Below, one piece after another: positions 46,650 through 55,706 of a DNA stretch of 64,000 nucleotides. Source of the stretch: a virus. The notes under the pieces are model-generated. The model was not told the DNA's origin. It saw only the letters and a list, made by a program, of their open reading frames with translations, and searched no databases. How positions within the stretch are numbered: position 1 is the first letter of the stretch; each line of letters begins with the position of its first letter. Location of the stretch: positions 1,020 to 65,019 of IMG/VR virus record IMGVR_UViG_3300033489_000601; one strand, written 5' to 3'. A program made the translations under genes and the position numbers.

Positions 46650-47348
46650 TCACGCCCACACCGGGCCAAACGTCTCCGCTTGCACGCGCCGCGACACCGG
46701 CCCGCGTGCCTTCCGCTTGCGCCGCGCCTCACCGCCCGCGACGAGCGCCTCCTCGAAGGCCTCGTGCGCCGCCCGAAGCATCCCGCGCGCGTCCGCCTCG
46801 ACGGCCTCGAGCAGCTTTCGATGCGCCTCGCGCGAGCGCCCCATCAGCCACGGCCAGAGGCCGCGGTCACGGAGCAGCACAGCGCGGTCGTACAGCGTCG
46901 CCCCGGCCTTCGTGCGCGCGCCCGAGAGCGAGCGCATCTTCTCCGCCCTCGCGAGCATGCTCTGCACCATCGCGTCGAACGCCTCCGCGCCCGAGGGCGA
47001 CAACGCCGCCACCGGCCCGGCATCGCCCATCCACGCGAGCGGCGGCGCGTTCAGCAGCACGTGCGGGCCGTACGCCACGAAGAGCACGCCGCGGTCCCCC
47101 GACCCGAGGAGCGCGAGCGCCGCCTCGAGCCGGAGGTGGGCCGCCTGGGCGCTCTTCTTCGCATCGACCCGAGCGACCATCCCGCTGTCGTAGCTCGCCC
47201 GGCCCTGCGGCGTCGCACCCGTGCGGATCATCTCCACGAGCGCCGCGTGCGAGGAGCGGAGCCCGCTGTCAGCCTCGCGCGTCGCCCAATGCCAGCGGAG
47301 ACGGTCGGCGTGACCGCGGTGCGCGGGGGTGAGGTTGCGGGGGGTCAC
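46650..47348 (-). CDS. Hypothetical protein, possible late transcription regulator
   Basis: 232 aa helical basic protein upstream of the head operon and a 220-bp intergenic gap; function inferred from position only. Confidence 0.5.
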   Translation of the reverse strand: MTPRNLTPAHRGHADRLRWHWATREADSGLRSSHAALVEMIRTGATPQGRASYDSGMVARVDAKKSAQAAHLRLEAALALLGSGDRGVLFVAYGPHVLLNAPPLAWMGDAGPVAALSPSGAEAFDAMVQSMLARAEKMRSLSGARTKAGATLYDRAVLLRDRGLWPWLMGRSREAHRKLLEAVEADARGMLRAAHEAFEEALVAGGEARRKRKARGPVSRRVQAETFGPVWA

Positions 47349-48448
47349 AGCGACCTCGCGACAGGCGCATCAGTCTTGTAGCCGAGCATCCTCACCACGT
47401 TGTCAAGCGGCGCCGCTGCGAACCAATCGCGGACCGTGGCCACCTTACCAGCGCGCACCGCGAACAGCGCGGCCGAGCACGTCGTCTTCGTCGCGCGCTG
47501 AGCGAAGTCCTTCTGCGCCTCGATGCCGCGGATAGGCTCGTATTCCGCTTCGACCGAGGCGACGAGCCGCGACAGCCGCTCGGTTGCATCGTCGAGCAAC
47601 GGGCGCAATTCAGGGAAGGCCGTCACGACCTCCGGCACCTCGCCGCTCCGCGCGATCTCGACGAATGCCCGCGTCGTCATGCCGTCCTTCGCGTGGTGCA
47701 GCGCCACATAGCCGGGGTGCTTCACCTTGATCCGGTTGAATGCGGCATCTACGATCACATAGCCCTCCTGCGCAAGCGGCGACATCGACGCGAACGACGC
47801 CGAGATGTCCGCGATCGACTGAAGCGGGAAGTCGGCGACGGCACGTGAGCGGGTTATGACCGCAGCGTCGCGGGCTCTCATCCATTCGCCCGTCTCACGA
47901 TTGCGCGCGCCGAGACACGTGAGCGACTCCTCAGCGTGCGGCACCACGACGCGGTTTAGCGGGCCGGTCAACTCGAAGAGAACGCACCACTCCGACGGGA
48001 TATCCGTCTCGATGCCGCTCTTGAGTAACGTGCGCCAAAAGAGGTCAGCGAAGATGACCCCGCTGCCGTTCACGTCACCGCGCGCGTCGGGCGTGCCCGT
48101 GGTCGCCACGTGCCACTCGCCCGCGTATTCATAGAGCGTGCACAGCGAACCATCGACCTTCTCCTGCACATACGCCGTCGTCCAATCGATGTCCGCCGCG
48201 TTCGGCTCGCCGTGATTGAAGAACTTGTCGAACGCCCGCGAGACCACGCGCCAGCCGTTGCCCTCGTCGAGCACGATCCCCCGGCACTCGCGCACGATCG
48301 GCTCGGCGAACGGCGACGAGATCTGGTTGTATTTGAAGAGCACGAGATTCCCATGCTCGGCGTGCCGCTTGTGCACGATTCCGTAGCGTGCCTTCAGCCC
48401 CTCAATCGTTCCACCGTCGCGCAGGTACTTCTGTATGTGCAGTTCCAT
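47345..48448 (-). CDS. T4 Rnl1-family RNA ligase
   Basis: LVLFKYNQ, ECRGIVLD, RAFDKFFN.GE, motif I QEKVDGSL, FELTGP.NRVVV, QEGYVI, RIKVK; AGGAGG SD before ATG 48448. Confidence 0.92.
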   Translation of the reverse strand: MELHIQKYLRDGGTIEGLKARYGIVHKRHAEHGNLVLFKYNQISSPFAEPIVRECRGIVLDEGNGWRVVSRAFDKFFNHGEPNAADIDWTTAYVQEKVDGSLCTLYEYAGEWHVATTGTPDARGDVNGSGVIFADLFWRTLLKSGIETDIPSEWCVLFELTGPLNRVVVPHAEESLTCLGARNRETGEWMRARDAAVITRSRAVADFPLQSIADISASFASMSPLAQEGYVIVDAAFNRIKVKHPGYVALHHAKDGMTTRAFVEIARSGEVPEVVTAFPELRPLLDDATERLSRLVASVEAEYEPIRGIEAQKDFAQRATKTTCSAALFAVRAGKVATVRDWFAAAPLDNVVRMLGYKTDAPVARSL

Positions 48449-48461
48449 TTTCAGCCTCCTC

Positions 48462-49925
48462 TCAAAAACCCCTGTGATCATTCCCCCAGCGGTTATCCGC
48501 CGCGCCGCCATGCGCGCTCACCATCAACGACGGCGGCAGATAGATCCGCCCGCCGCCCTGCGCGAGGAAGTCCACCGCCTCGATGAAGGCCGACGCGACG
48601 TCGCCGTGGCTCGACGTGCTAGCGCCCTCACTGAAGATCGTCAGCCGCCCGCTCGGCGAAGGCTTCTGCTTCATCTCTTTGAGCTGCTTCGCCAACCGCT
48701 CGAAGCCGAGAAGCGCGAAACCATTGCTGTTCGCGATCACGCGCGCGCCGATCATCGCGGTCTCTTTGTCAGTGAAGCCGTCATGCACGCGCATCTTGTT
48801 GCGCGCGCCGTGCTCCCGCACCGCTTCGATGTAGTGCATGTCCGCCACGAACTCCGTGCAGCCGTACCGCTGCGCCACAAGCGAGAACTCGTCCACCACG
48901 AGCCCCGGCACGAGCGGCGCCCCCGGCTGCGGCACGATCTCGCAGACCTCGAGCGGCCCGTACATATTGCCCACGCGCGCCGTCGGCACGCACGCGGCGG
49001 CGTTGCGCCGGAAGGCTGCGTCGAGGCCAGCCACGAGCCGGCGCTCCCCGGCCTCGAGCGCGCGCTTCAGCGAGGCGTCGATCACGTCGTGGTCGAAAAA
49101 GAACGACGTCCCCGCGGACATCGGGATCGCCTTGTATTCGCGCTGCCAGGTCTGCTCGTCCTCCTCGTCGGCACGCGTACCAGCCTCAGTCAACGTAGGG
49201 TTCGCCACCCATGACGGCGCCCACGCGACACACTGCCCGTCGGTCTCGCCGCGCTCGTACGCCTTGTAATGCGCATCGAGCGTCGCGAACGGTGAGGAGA
49301 TCATCCATAGCTTCGACAGCGGCTGAGTCGCCATCGACGGCTTCAGCGACGCGATAACCTCGGTCGCGGGGTTCGCGCCCGTCTCGCGGTCCTCCCATTT
49401 CGCCATCTCGTCGCATATCGCGCCGATGCACGTCGGCCCCGAGACGCCCTTGATGGTCGCGGGGAACACGCGGAAGATCACGCGCTTGTCATTCAGCGCG
49501 CTCTTCGTCTCAATGGTGGGCCGCTGGCCGTCAACGCGCGAGTACTCGTGACGCATCGCCTTCAGGATCTCCTCAATCGTGTCGAGGCGCTCCTTCGCCG
49601 CGTCCTTGTCCTGCGCAATGATCACGAACACCCCCACGTCGCCCGGCGGCACCACATGCGCGCCGAACAACGTCTCGACGACCGCGACGCGGCACATCGT
49701 CGACGACTTTCCGCCGCGCCGGCCCACCCGCAGCACGAAGCGCCGCCGCCCGCTGAGGTAGAAGCGACGCAGTTGCTTCCACCACCACGGCGAGATCGCG
49801 GGCCAGCCGTGGTGGACGAGCATGCGGTCGAGGCTCTCGAGCCGCTCGAGCATGTGCGCCCCGTACTCAGCCGCGGTCATGACGCGGGGCGGGGCGGGAG
49901 CGGTGGGCTTCTTCTTCGATGTCAT
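48462..49925 (-). CDS. terL: Terminase large subunit
   Basis: Walker A RVGRRGGKSS, Walker B AICDEMAKW, ISSP motif, RNase H-like GLDAAF and HGDVASA. Confidence 0.9.
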   Translation of the reverse strand: MTSKKKPTAPAPPRVMTAAEYGAHMLERLESLDRMLVHHGWPAISPWWWKQLRRFYLSGRRRFVLRVGRRGGKSSTMCRVAVVETLFGAHVVPPGDVGVFVIIAQDKDAAKERLDTIEEILKAMRHEYSRVDGQRPTIETKSALNDKRVIFRVFPATIKGVSGPTCIGAICDEMAKWEDRETGANPATEVIASLKPSMATQPLSKLWMISSPFATLDAHYKAYERGETDGQCVAWAPSWVANPTLTEAGTRADEEDEQTWQREYKAIPMSAGTSFFFDHDVIDASLKRALEAGERRLVAGLDAAFRRNAAACVPTARVGNMYGPLEVCEIVPQPGAPLVPGLVVDEFSLVAQRYGCTEFVADMHYIEAVREHGARNKMRVHDGFTDKETAMIGARVIANSNGFALLGFERLAKQLKEMKQKPSPSGRLTIFSEGASTSSHGDVASAFIEAVDFLAQGGGRIYLPPSLMVSAHGGAADNRWGNDHRGF

Positions 49926-49931
49926 AGGGAT

Positions 49932-49949
49932 CTACAGGCGCGGCTGTAA
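49932..49949. promoter_or_regulatory. Operator palindrome directly upstream of terL
   Basis: CTACAGGCGCGGCTGTAA, 6 nt from the ATG. Confidence 0.7.
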
Positions 49950-49977
49950 TCGTAGACGAACGGAAGCCGCGGGCGGC

Positions 49978-50445
49978 TCATATCCGCCGCCACGTCGCCC
50001 CTTTCTCACGCAGCAGCGCACGCACGTCCGCCGGACAGACGTCCTCGACCATCCGGATCTCCATCCCCACCGCGCCGCACGCCGCGGCCCGCTGCTTGAT
50101 CGCATCCCACGTGCCGCGGCTCCACGGCGCTGGCCACGCGCAGAAGCGCTCCGTCGTCGTCACGTAGGCGTTGCGGATGAGCGGGGCGGCGCGTCCGTGG
50201 AGCCCGTAGTCGGGAAGCCACACTTCGCTGGAACCCGCCGCCTGGTCGACGCCCTCAGCGCCACCGTGGACGACGCGGAGCCCAGCGGCTGCGATGTACG
50301 CGCGGACGTCGGCGATGATATGGCGGTATGTATCCCAGCACGGCGCTTGGTTGTGGATACCGCTCGGCGGACGGCAGCCGCTCACCGCGAGGAAGCCGGA
50401 GCGCATCGCGCCGATGGGTGGGCCAGTCCAGAGGGCCACGGTCAC
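49978..50445 (-). CDS. SLOG-superfamily protein (YspA/DUF2493-like)
   Basis: VSGCR, VVHGGAEGVDQAA, GRAAPLIRN, SRGT. Confidence 0.78.
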   Translation of the reverse strand: MTVALWTGPPIGAMRSGFLAVSGCRPPSGIHNQAPCWDTYRHIIADVRAYIAAAGLRVVHGGAEGVDQAAGSSEVWLPDYGLHGRAAPLIRNAYVTTTERFCAWPAPWSRGTWDAIKQRAAACGAVGMEIRMVEDVCPADVRALLREKGATWRRI

Positions 50446-51302
50446 GCAGACACCACGAGGCCTAGCGCCGCCTGGAGCGCGTGCTCGTCGTGCGCGACGC
50501 GGCTTGGATAGTGGGTGGTCGTGAGTCCACCGTCTGTTCGCTGCCAGATGTCTTCGCGCGCGCTCGCGTCGCCGCTCAACTCCCGCGCCACCTCCGCGCT
50601 CCCGAGCGCGCGGCCGGTGCCGTGCCCGGTCTTATGGTCGACGCAATTGTCGCATACCGCAATCCAATGACCCGGCGCGAACGCGCGCTCACCCTTTCCT
50701 CCACAACCCGCGCACGCCTCCCGCTCGGGGTGCGCCGTGATGATGAGGCGCGGGCCTCGGAGCGGCTCTACGTCATCCGAATCCCAGCCACCCCATGGAG
50801 TGAGTTTCTCATGGTTGACATCGCAAACCGCCACCGTGGCGCGCTCATAAACTGCGCTCAAGCGCGTCGCCAGCGCGGTGCACGTGTGCACCGTCGGCGC
50901 CTCTGGTTTCCCGTCGTCGCCCACCCAATCGCCACACGTCCACGTGCAGCGCGCCATCTCCGCCACCGCGCGCAGCGGCTCGAGGGGGCCGAGAGGGAGG
51001 TGCGCATCATCCCCACACAGACCCGCGCAGCCATCGAAAAATTGCCGACAAGAGCAGCGCTGCTCCGCCCACGGCGCCGTCGGCCCCACGAGCACCACCA
51101 CCCGCACCGCGGCGCGCGCCTGCTCCGAAAAACTCGTCCACGCCGCCGCGAGGGTGCCTGCGTGCTGCCCGAAGCCGACGAGCACCGAGGCATAATCGGG
51201 GCTTCGCGGCGCCGGCCAGGCGTGGAGCGCACGACCGACGTGCTGCTCGACGAGAAGCCGCTGCTCCTCGGTGGCGCCATAGCAGAGGGCGAGCGAGGTC
51301 AC
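50442..51302 (-). CDS. Hypothetical Cys-rich protein
   Basis: 286 aa, CAGC and CDNC motifs; coupled to both neighbours. Confidence 0.6.
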   Translation of the reverse strand: MTSLALCYGATEEQRLLVEQHVGRALHAWPAPRSPDYASVLVGFGQHAGTLAAAWTSFSEQARAAVRVVVLVGPTAPWAEQRCSCRQFFDGCAGLCGDDAHLPLGPLEPLRAVAEMARCTWTCGDWVGDDGKPEAPTVHTCTALATRLSAVYERATVAVCDVNHEKLTPWGGWDSDDVEPLRGPRLIITAHPEREACAGCGGKGERAFAPGHWIAVCDNCVDHKTGHGTGRALGSAEVARELSGDASAREDIWQRTDGGLTTTHYPSRVAHDEHALQAALGLVVSA

Positions 51303-51553
51303 TACGAGGCCTCCAGCAACTTGCGCAGTCGTGCGATATCATCGGCGTCACCGTGCTTCTTCGCTAGGAATTCGCCCTTGTATTGCGCCGCGTATTCCCA
51401 ACCGTTCAGAGCCTCCTCGAAGCTGTCGAGCAGCTGCGCCCCAAGCAAAGCGTTCTGCGCCAGCGGAACGCGGAAGTACCCTTCACCATCGGGCGGGAAG
51501 TTTTCCGCGGCCGATTCGCGCAACGCCTTCTCCCTGGGCCCCATATTGCTCAC
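51302..51553 (-). CDS. Hypothetical protein
   Basis: GGAGGT SD; 83 aa. Confidence 0.65.
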   Translation of the reverse strand: MSNMGPREKALRESAAENFPPDGEGYFRVPLAQNALLGAQLLDSFEEALNGWEYAAQYKGEFLAKKHGDADDIARLRKLLEAS

Positions 51554-52194
51554 GCCTCACCTCCCAGCCACGCCGGCCAATCGCACACGGGTTGTCCGTC
51601 GAGGAGCGCGCCAGCTCCCTTGATGATCCTGTTGTCGACGACGTGGCCGGAGTAACCCTCGTCAACGCGCCCCACGCCCACCCAGCCATCGCCGCCGCGC
51701 AACGAGTCCCCCGTCGTGCAGATCCTGCCATCCCGGTTGAGGAACACATACTTGGTGGGTTGGAATGGGCCAGACCCTTGGTCCTGCGGCAACCATCGCC
51801 CCCACCCGGCAAAGATCACCGGCACCCCCGCCGCCCTTCCCTGCTCCACAAGCGAGCGCACGTGCTCGGGGTGGAGCGGGTCGTCGAAGCCGGCGATGAT
51901 CAGGATATCGATCAGGTCAATGAGTGGCTGTGCGATGTCCTGCTCCGAGGGCTCCCATAGGTCTGCCGCCGTGAGATCGAGCGCCTCCCGCGGGCTGCAT
52001 ACGAGCGCCCGCCGCTCCGACATCACCGCGAGCAGGGCGGCGATGTCTGCGGCGCGCGGCTGCGTCGTGACGTGGAGGGCTGGGATGGACCCATTGGCGA
52101 AAGAGGCACCGCCCTTCCAGGGGTGCCAATCCGGCCCAGGGAGCACGAACGCTCGCCCTTTGCCCAAAAGCGCGCCCGCCGTCAGCATCATCAT
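51550..52194 (-). CDS. Divergent DUF5131-like protein (C-terminal part only)
   Basis: IDILIIAG...LHPEHVRSLVEQGRAAGVPVIFAGWGRWLP...KGAGALLDG...DWP resembles the DUF5131 C-terminus; no CX6CX2C. Confidence 0.55.
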   Translation of the reverse strand: MMMLTAGALLGKGRAFVLPGPDWHPWKGGASFANGSIPALHVTTQPRAADIAALLAVMSERRALVCSPREALDLTAADLWEPSEQDIAQPLIDLIDILIIAGFDDPLHPEHVRSLVEQGRAAGVPVIFAGWGRWLPQDQGSGPFQPTKYVFLNRDGRICTTGDSLRGGDGWVGVGRVDEGYSGHVVDNRIIKGAGALLDGQPVCDWPAWLGGEA

Positions 52195-52207
52195 ACCGGG
52201 GCCGGTG

Positions 52208-52438
52208 TCATGGATCCCCGGCGCGCACCTGCCCCACCGACGGCGCTACACCCGCGGGAGATGCCTCGGTCACCACGCCACGGCGGCGCCTCTCTATAAG
52301 GAGAGCGTCCGCCAGCCGCGCGGCGTACTCCGTCGACCGCCCCGACAACACGAGAGCGACCGCCGCCGCATCCCACAGCGCCCACTCCCCCGCCGACGCG
52401 GGCCGCACGGGCTCCACCTTCTTCTCCTCGTCCATCAC
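52208..52438 (-). CDS. Hypothetical protein
   Basis: Operator 52460-52477, then TAGTAT/TATAGA box and GGAGGTTGGGTGATG. Confidence 0.6.
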   Translation of the reverse strand: MMDEEKKVEPVRPASAGEWALWDAAAVALVLSGRSTEYAARLADALLIERRRRGVVTEASPAGVAPSVGQVRAGDP

Positions 52439-52496
52439 CCAACCTCCTCGCTCTCTATACTACACCCGCGGCTGTAAGTGCACGCGCGATCTGTCC

Positions 52497-53032
52497 CAGC
52501 CTCTAACCACGCCGCATGAGTTGCCTTCTCTCACGAACGGCCAACTTAGACCCCACCCGCCCTGGCCCCAATCCCAACGGTCGGCATGATTAGCGCACAC
52601 GACCGGCGAAGTTAGACCTGCGACGAGGAGCGCCAAACCCAACGGTCGTGTGAAACAGGCCATCCTATCAGCGAAGTTAGAGGTGCCCAACCTACACGTT
52701 CGAACAGACGGATCATCTCGATCGGCGAAGTTAGACCCCTCCAGCGAGCCTCCAATCCCACCGATAGGCGCTTTCCTGCACCTCGACCGTCGAAGTTAGA
52801 GGCCTCCAAACCAAACGATAGGACCGTTCGCTGCAACTCGATCAGCGCAGTTAGAGGGTCTATGTGCGCCGTTCGGCTTGGTCGAGCAACACCAACGGCC
52901 AACTTGGCAGCCTCTAACCTCGACGGTCGAGTGCCTCGGTCAACTCGATTGGCGCACTTAGACCCTGTGTGAGCACCCACAAGTCCAACGTTCGTCACGA
53001 CTCGTCAACTCGACCGTCGAGGTTAGAGGCTG
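52497..53032. repeat. Helically phased degenerate repeat array, core CTCGAYCRKCGAAGTTAGA(C/G)
   Basis: Eight direct (G/C)TTAGA cores at 52545, 52611, 52676, 52730, 52795, 52850, 52957 and 53022; two inverted copies; perfect 24-bp inverted repeat 52908-52931/53009-53032. Confidence 0.85.
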
Positions 53033-53810
53033 GGGCATCGTCGCCTGTCGAGTTGTCTTCAACCACGACAAGACAACTTGGGGCCGAGGGGCCGAACCGC
53101 GCGAGCGGATCCCGAGGGCCGCGGTCAACACCGCGAGCCTTCGCCTCGCGCACGGCGAGCTCGTGACCGCATAGTTCGTTCTGTCGCGACGAGTCGTCCA
53201 TCTTCCGCCCCTCGCCAAAGAACTTCAGCGCGAGCGCCGGATCCTTCGACATCAGCGCGACGGCCTGCTCGAACAAGTACTTCGACGCGCCGATCTGCAA
53301 CGCCGCCTGCCCGATCCGCACCTTCACACCGGGACCAATCCCCTCCTGCCCCACGATCAGCGCGAGCTCCTGGATGCGCGCCTGCCTATATGAGCCAGCG
53401 TGTGCCATGTGGCGGCGGAAGTCGTCGGGCGCCTGTTCGATGAACTCCGGCCTGAGACCGAGGCGCGTCGCGTAGGTAACTTGGCGCGCGCGCGCCTTTC
53501 CGCCCTGAACGGCGAGCGCGTTGCCAGGCGCGAACCGTCCCCCCGGCGCTCGTGCAGCCACGGGCAGAGGTGGCACAGCACGTGGCACAGATAGCTCATC
53601 GGGCGGCGGCACCTCCACCCGCGGCCCCGGCGTCCCGTGCTCCTTCGCGCGCCCGTGCGGCGAGCGCAAGAAGCTCTTCTCGCGCGGCTTGCGGCGTGGG
53701 GCCGGCGGCTCGAAGGGAGCGACGTCAGCAGCGGGCGGCTTCCTCATGCGCCGAGGTGCCGGCCCGGCGGGCTGCGTCGGCGGGGGGTCATCATTATCTG
53801 CTGTGCTCAT
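52995..53810 (-). CDS. Probable terminase small subunit
   Basis: Pro-rich N-terminus, GGRFAPGN motif typical of TerS N-termini, helical oligomerisation-like core; upstream of terL. Confidence 0.6.
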   Translation of the reverse strand: MSTADNDDPPPTQPAGPAPRRMRKPPAADVAPFEPPAPRRKPREKSFLRSPHGRAKEHGTPGPRVEVPPPDELSVPRAVPPLPVAARAPGGRFAPGNALAVQGGKARARQVTYATRLGLRPEFIEQAPDDFRRHMAHAGSYRQARIQELALIVGQEGIGPGVKVRIGQAALQIGASKYLFEQAVALMSKDPALALKFFGEGRKMDDSSRQNELCGHELAVREAKARGVDRGPRDPLARFGPSAPSCLVVVEDNSTGDDAPASNLDGRVDES

Positions 53811-54178
53811 CGCTCTGCTCCTCGGCGCGGCAGCCTGAAGTGGTCCTCGAAGTCTTCGGGCATCGGGTCGCGCCCTCGCGCCTGCCGCTCCTGCTCGCTG
53901 AACAGCACCCCCTCGATGAGCGCGGGATCGAGCCCCATGCGCGCCGCCGCCGCCCAGGCCATGGTCATCATGCCGTCGAGCGCGGCCTTCGTCGCGGCAA
54001 CGAAGCGCACGGGCGTCCCTTCGCTCACGCGCGCGAGGCCGTCGCAGATGATGCGCGTCGTTCGGCCGCTGCGGCGCCGTGGGTCGATGCCAGGAAGCGC
54101 GGTCCTCACCCACCGAGCGTGCTCATTCCACGGCTTCAAGCCCAGCGCCTGCCGGATCTGCTCGCTTGTCATGCTCAT
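53807..54178 (-). CDS. Small protein with degenerate P-loop (RRSGRTT)
   Basis: RRRSGRTTRIICDGL...VRFVAAT resembles a Walker A fragment. Confidence 0.55.
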   Translation of the reverse strand: MSMTSEQIRQALGLKPWNEHARWVRTALPGIDPRRRSGRTTRIICDGLARVSEGTPVRFVAATKAALDGMMTMAWAAAARMGLDPALIEGVLFSEQERQARGRDPMPEDFEDHFRLPRRGAER

Positions 54179-54462
54179 CGCCCTGGCCCCGACCGCGGCG
54201 GGCTCGCCACGTGAAGCTCCACGAACGGCCCCGGATCCCGCTGATCCCCGTCGCGCCACGTCACGATCCAGCCGCCCGCCCGATAGGCCGCGGTCAAACT
54301 CTCGCGCACCGCGCGCCGGAGCCCATGCACCGACGAGAGATCAGCGCACACACTGCCCTCGAGCGAGCCGCGGATCTCCGCGTCGATGGCGCTCTCCGCC
54401 TGCGTGTACGCGCTCTCGTCGTCCTTCGTCCACACCCGCTTCGCTTCTTCTGCTGAGATCAT
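54175..54462 (-). CDS. Hypothetical protein
   Basis: 95 aa, ATGA-coupled at both ends; YRAGGWIVTW motif. Confidence 0.65.
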   Translation of the reverse strand: MISAEEAKRVWTKDDESAYTQAESAIDAEIRGSLEGSVCADLSSVHGLRRAVRESLTAAYRAGGWIVTWRDGDQRDPGPFVELHVASPPRSGPGR

Positions 54463-54725
54463 CCTGTCCCTTCCTTCTGCGCCACCCGGCGCCCCTTCAT
54501 CCGTCCCGCCCTCGCCCGCTCGCCCCGCGGATAGGCCGCGGTCAACCACACCCGCAGCCCCCATGCCGTGAGCCACCGATGCACGAGCACGCGCGACACA
54601 CCCAGCCTGCGAGCAGCCGCAGCGACGTCGCCAGAGGCCTCGGTCACCACCATGCGGAGCTGCTCGACGGCCTGCTCGGGGTGCACGGCGTGGAGGCGAG
54701 TAAGGGCGTGCGGTGGGCGCATCAC
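54459..54725 (-). CDS. Fis-like HTH protein
   Basis: ASGDVAAAARRLGVSRVLVHRWL. Confidence 0.75.
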   Translation of the reverse strand: MMRPPHALTRLHAVHPEQAVEQLRMVVTEASGDVAAAARRLGVSRVLVHRWLTAWGLRVWLTAAYPRGERARAGRMKGRRVAQKEGTG

Positions 54726-54934
54726 CCGCAGCCAGCCACGCGCTGGTCGAGGATGCCGCCAGGCCTGAACACCTCATGATCGCTGAGCCCCCTCGCGTAT
54801 CCCGGCCTGTCTGTGCTCGGCGGCTCGTCGGCGGGCTCCCCGGCATGCGACCCGCGCGACCATCCACAGGCGCCGCAGGCCTCGACGTCGCGCTCGGAGC
54901 GGGGCGTGAAGGTGCCGCAGGGAGAGGCGCTCAT
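54722..54934 (-). CDS. Small Cys-containing protein
   Basis: C...CGACGW...H; coupled at both ends. Confidence 0.5.
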   Translation of the reverse strand: MSASPCGTFTPRSERDVEACGACGWSRGSHAGEPADEPPSTDRPGYARGLSDHEVFRPGGILDQRVAGCG

Positions 54935-55425
54935 GTGCTCCTCCCAGGCCGCACGCCCCGCTCGTAAGGGCCGAGCCGGTCGCCCTTCTCCCCACGCACC
55001 GAGCGCGCGAGGGTGTCCATTAGCGCGAGCGAGATCGGCATATCCTCGTAGAGGATCGTCCCGCTCGTGAGGCATGACCGCTGGAAGGCCTCCCTCGCAC
55101 GGGCTGCGCGCCGCCCCTTTGCCGCGTGCTTGCGTCCCCGACCGCGGGCTCCTGAACACGTGCGAACGGTGTCACCTATCGGCGTGAGCCGGAACCAGGT
55201 CGACGCCCAGGCACACGGCGACGCGGCCACGGACGCCCGCGTCGCATCGCTTTCCCAGCGCATGCCGTGGCGCCAGGCCAGTCGATCGAGGAGATCGGCG
55301 GCCTCGAGCCATTTGGCCTTCCTAAGGGTACCGTCAACGCCCCACGCGAGGCGTCCCGTCGTGGGCATCACGAAGGGCTGGGTCTCGCGGCGAAGGGTCG
55401 CGAGGAGTTGCTCGGTGATGTTCAC
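54931..55425 (-). CDS. Hypothetical protein
   Basis: GAGGAG SD; 164 aa. Confidence 0.55.
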   Translation of the reverse strand: MNITEQLLATLRRETQPFVMPTTGRLAWGVDGTLRKAKWLEAADLLDRLAWRHGMRWESDATRASVAASPCAWASTWFRLTPIGDTVRTCSGARGRGRKHAAKGRRAARAREAFQRSCLTSGTILYEDMPISLALMDTLARSVRGEKGDRLGPYERGVRPGRST

Positions 55426-55427
55426 GG

Positions 55428-55706
55428 CTATGGCTCCTCATCGTCGTACGGCGACCTGTGCGCCACGTGGGTGACGATGGCATCGTCGTCGGTCTCGACG
55501 GTATATCCGTCCCAGGTTTCGGCGTGCCCCCCTCCCCAGAAGGGGACTCGAAACACCAGCGGCTGGGTCAACCCCAGCTCCGCCTGGATGCGGCGCGCCG
55601 CCTGGTAAGCGGCGGTCGCAGTCGACTCTTCACAACGGCTGTCCTGTCCGCCGTACCCATCCGCCGCCGGATGAGCGTTTCGAGCGTCCGTTATTCGGAC
55701 GCTCAC
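55428..55706 (-). CDS. Hypothetical protein
   Basis: GGAGGT SD; 92 aa acidic. Confidence 0.65.
   Translation of the reverse strand: MSVRITDARNAHPAADGYGGQDSRCEESTATAAYQAARRIQAELGLTQPLVFRVPFWGGGHAETWDGYTVETDDDAIVTHVAHRSPYDDEEP

Noticed and set aside
52497-53032. CRISPR array
   Set aside because: The repeats are degenerate and occur in both orientations, the spacers resemble one another, the spacing alternates 54/65 bp, and there is no cas operon.
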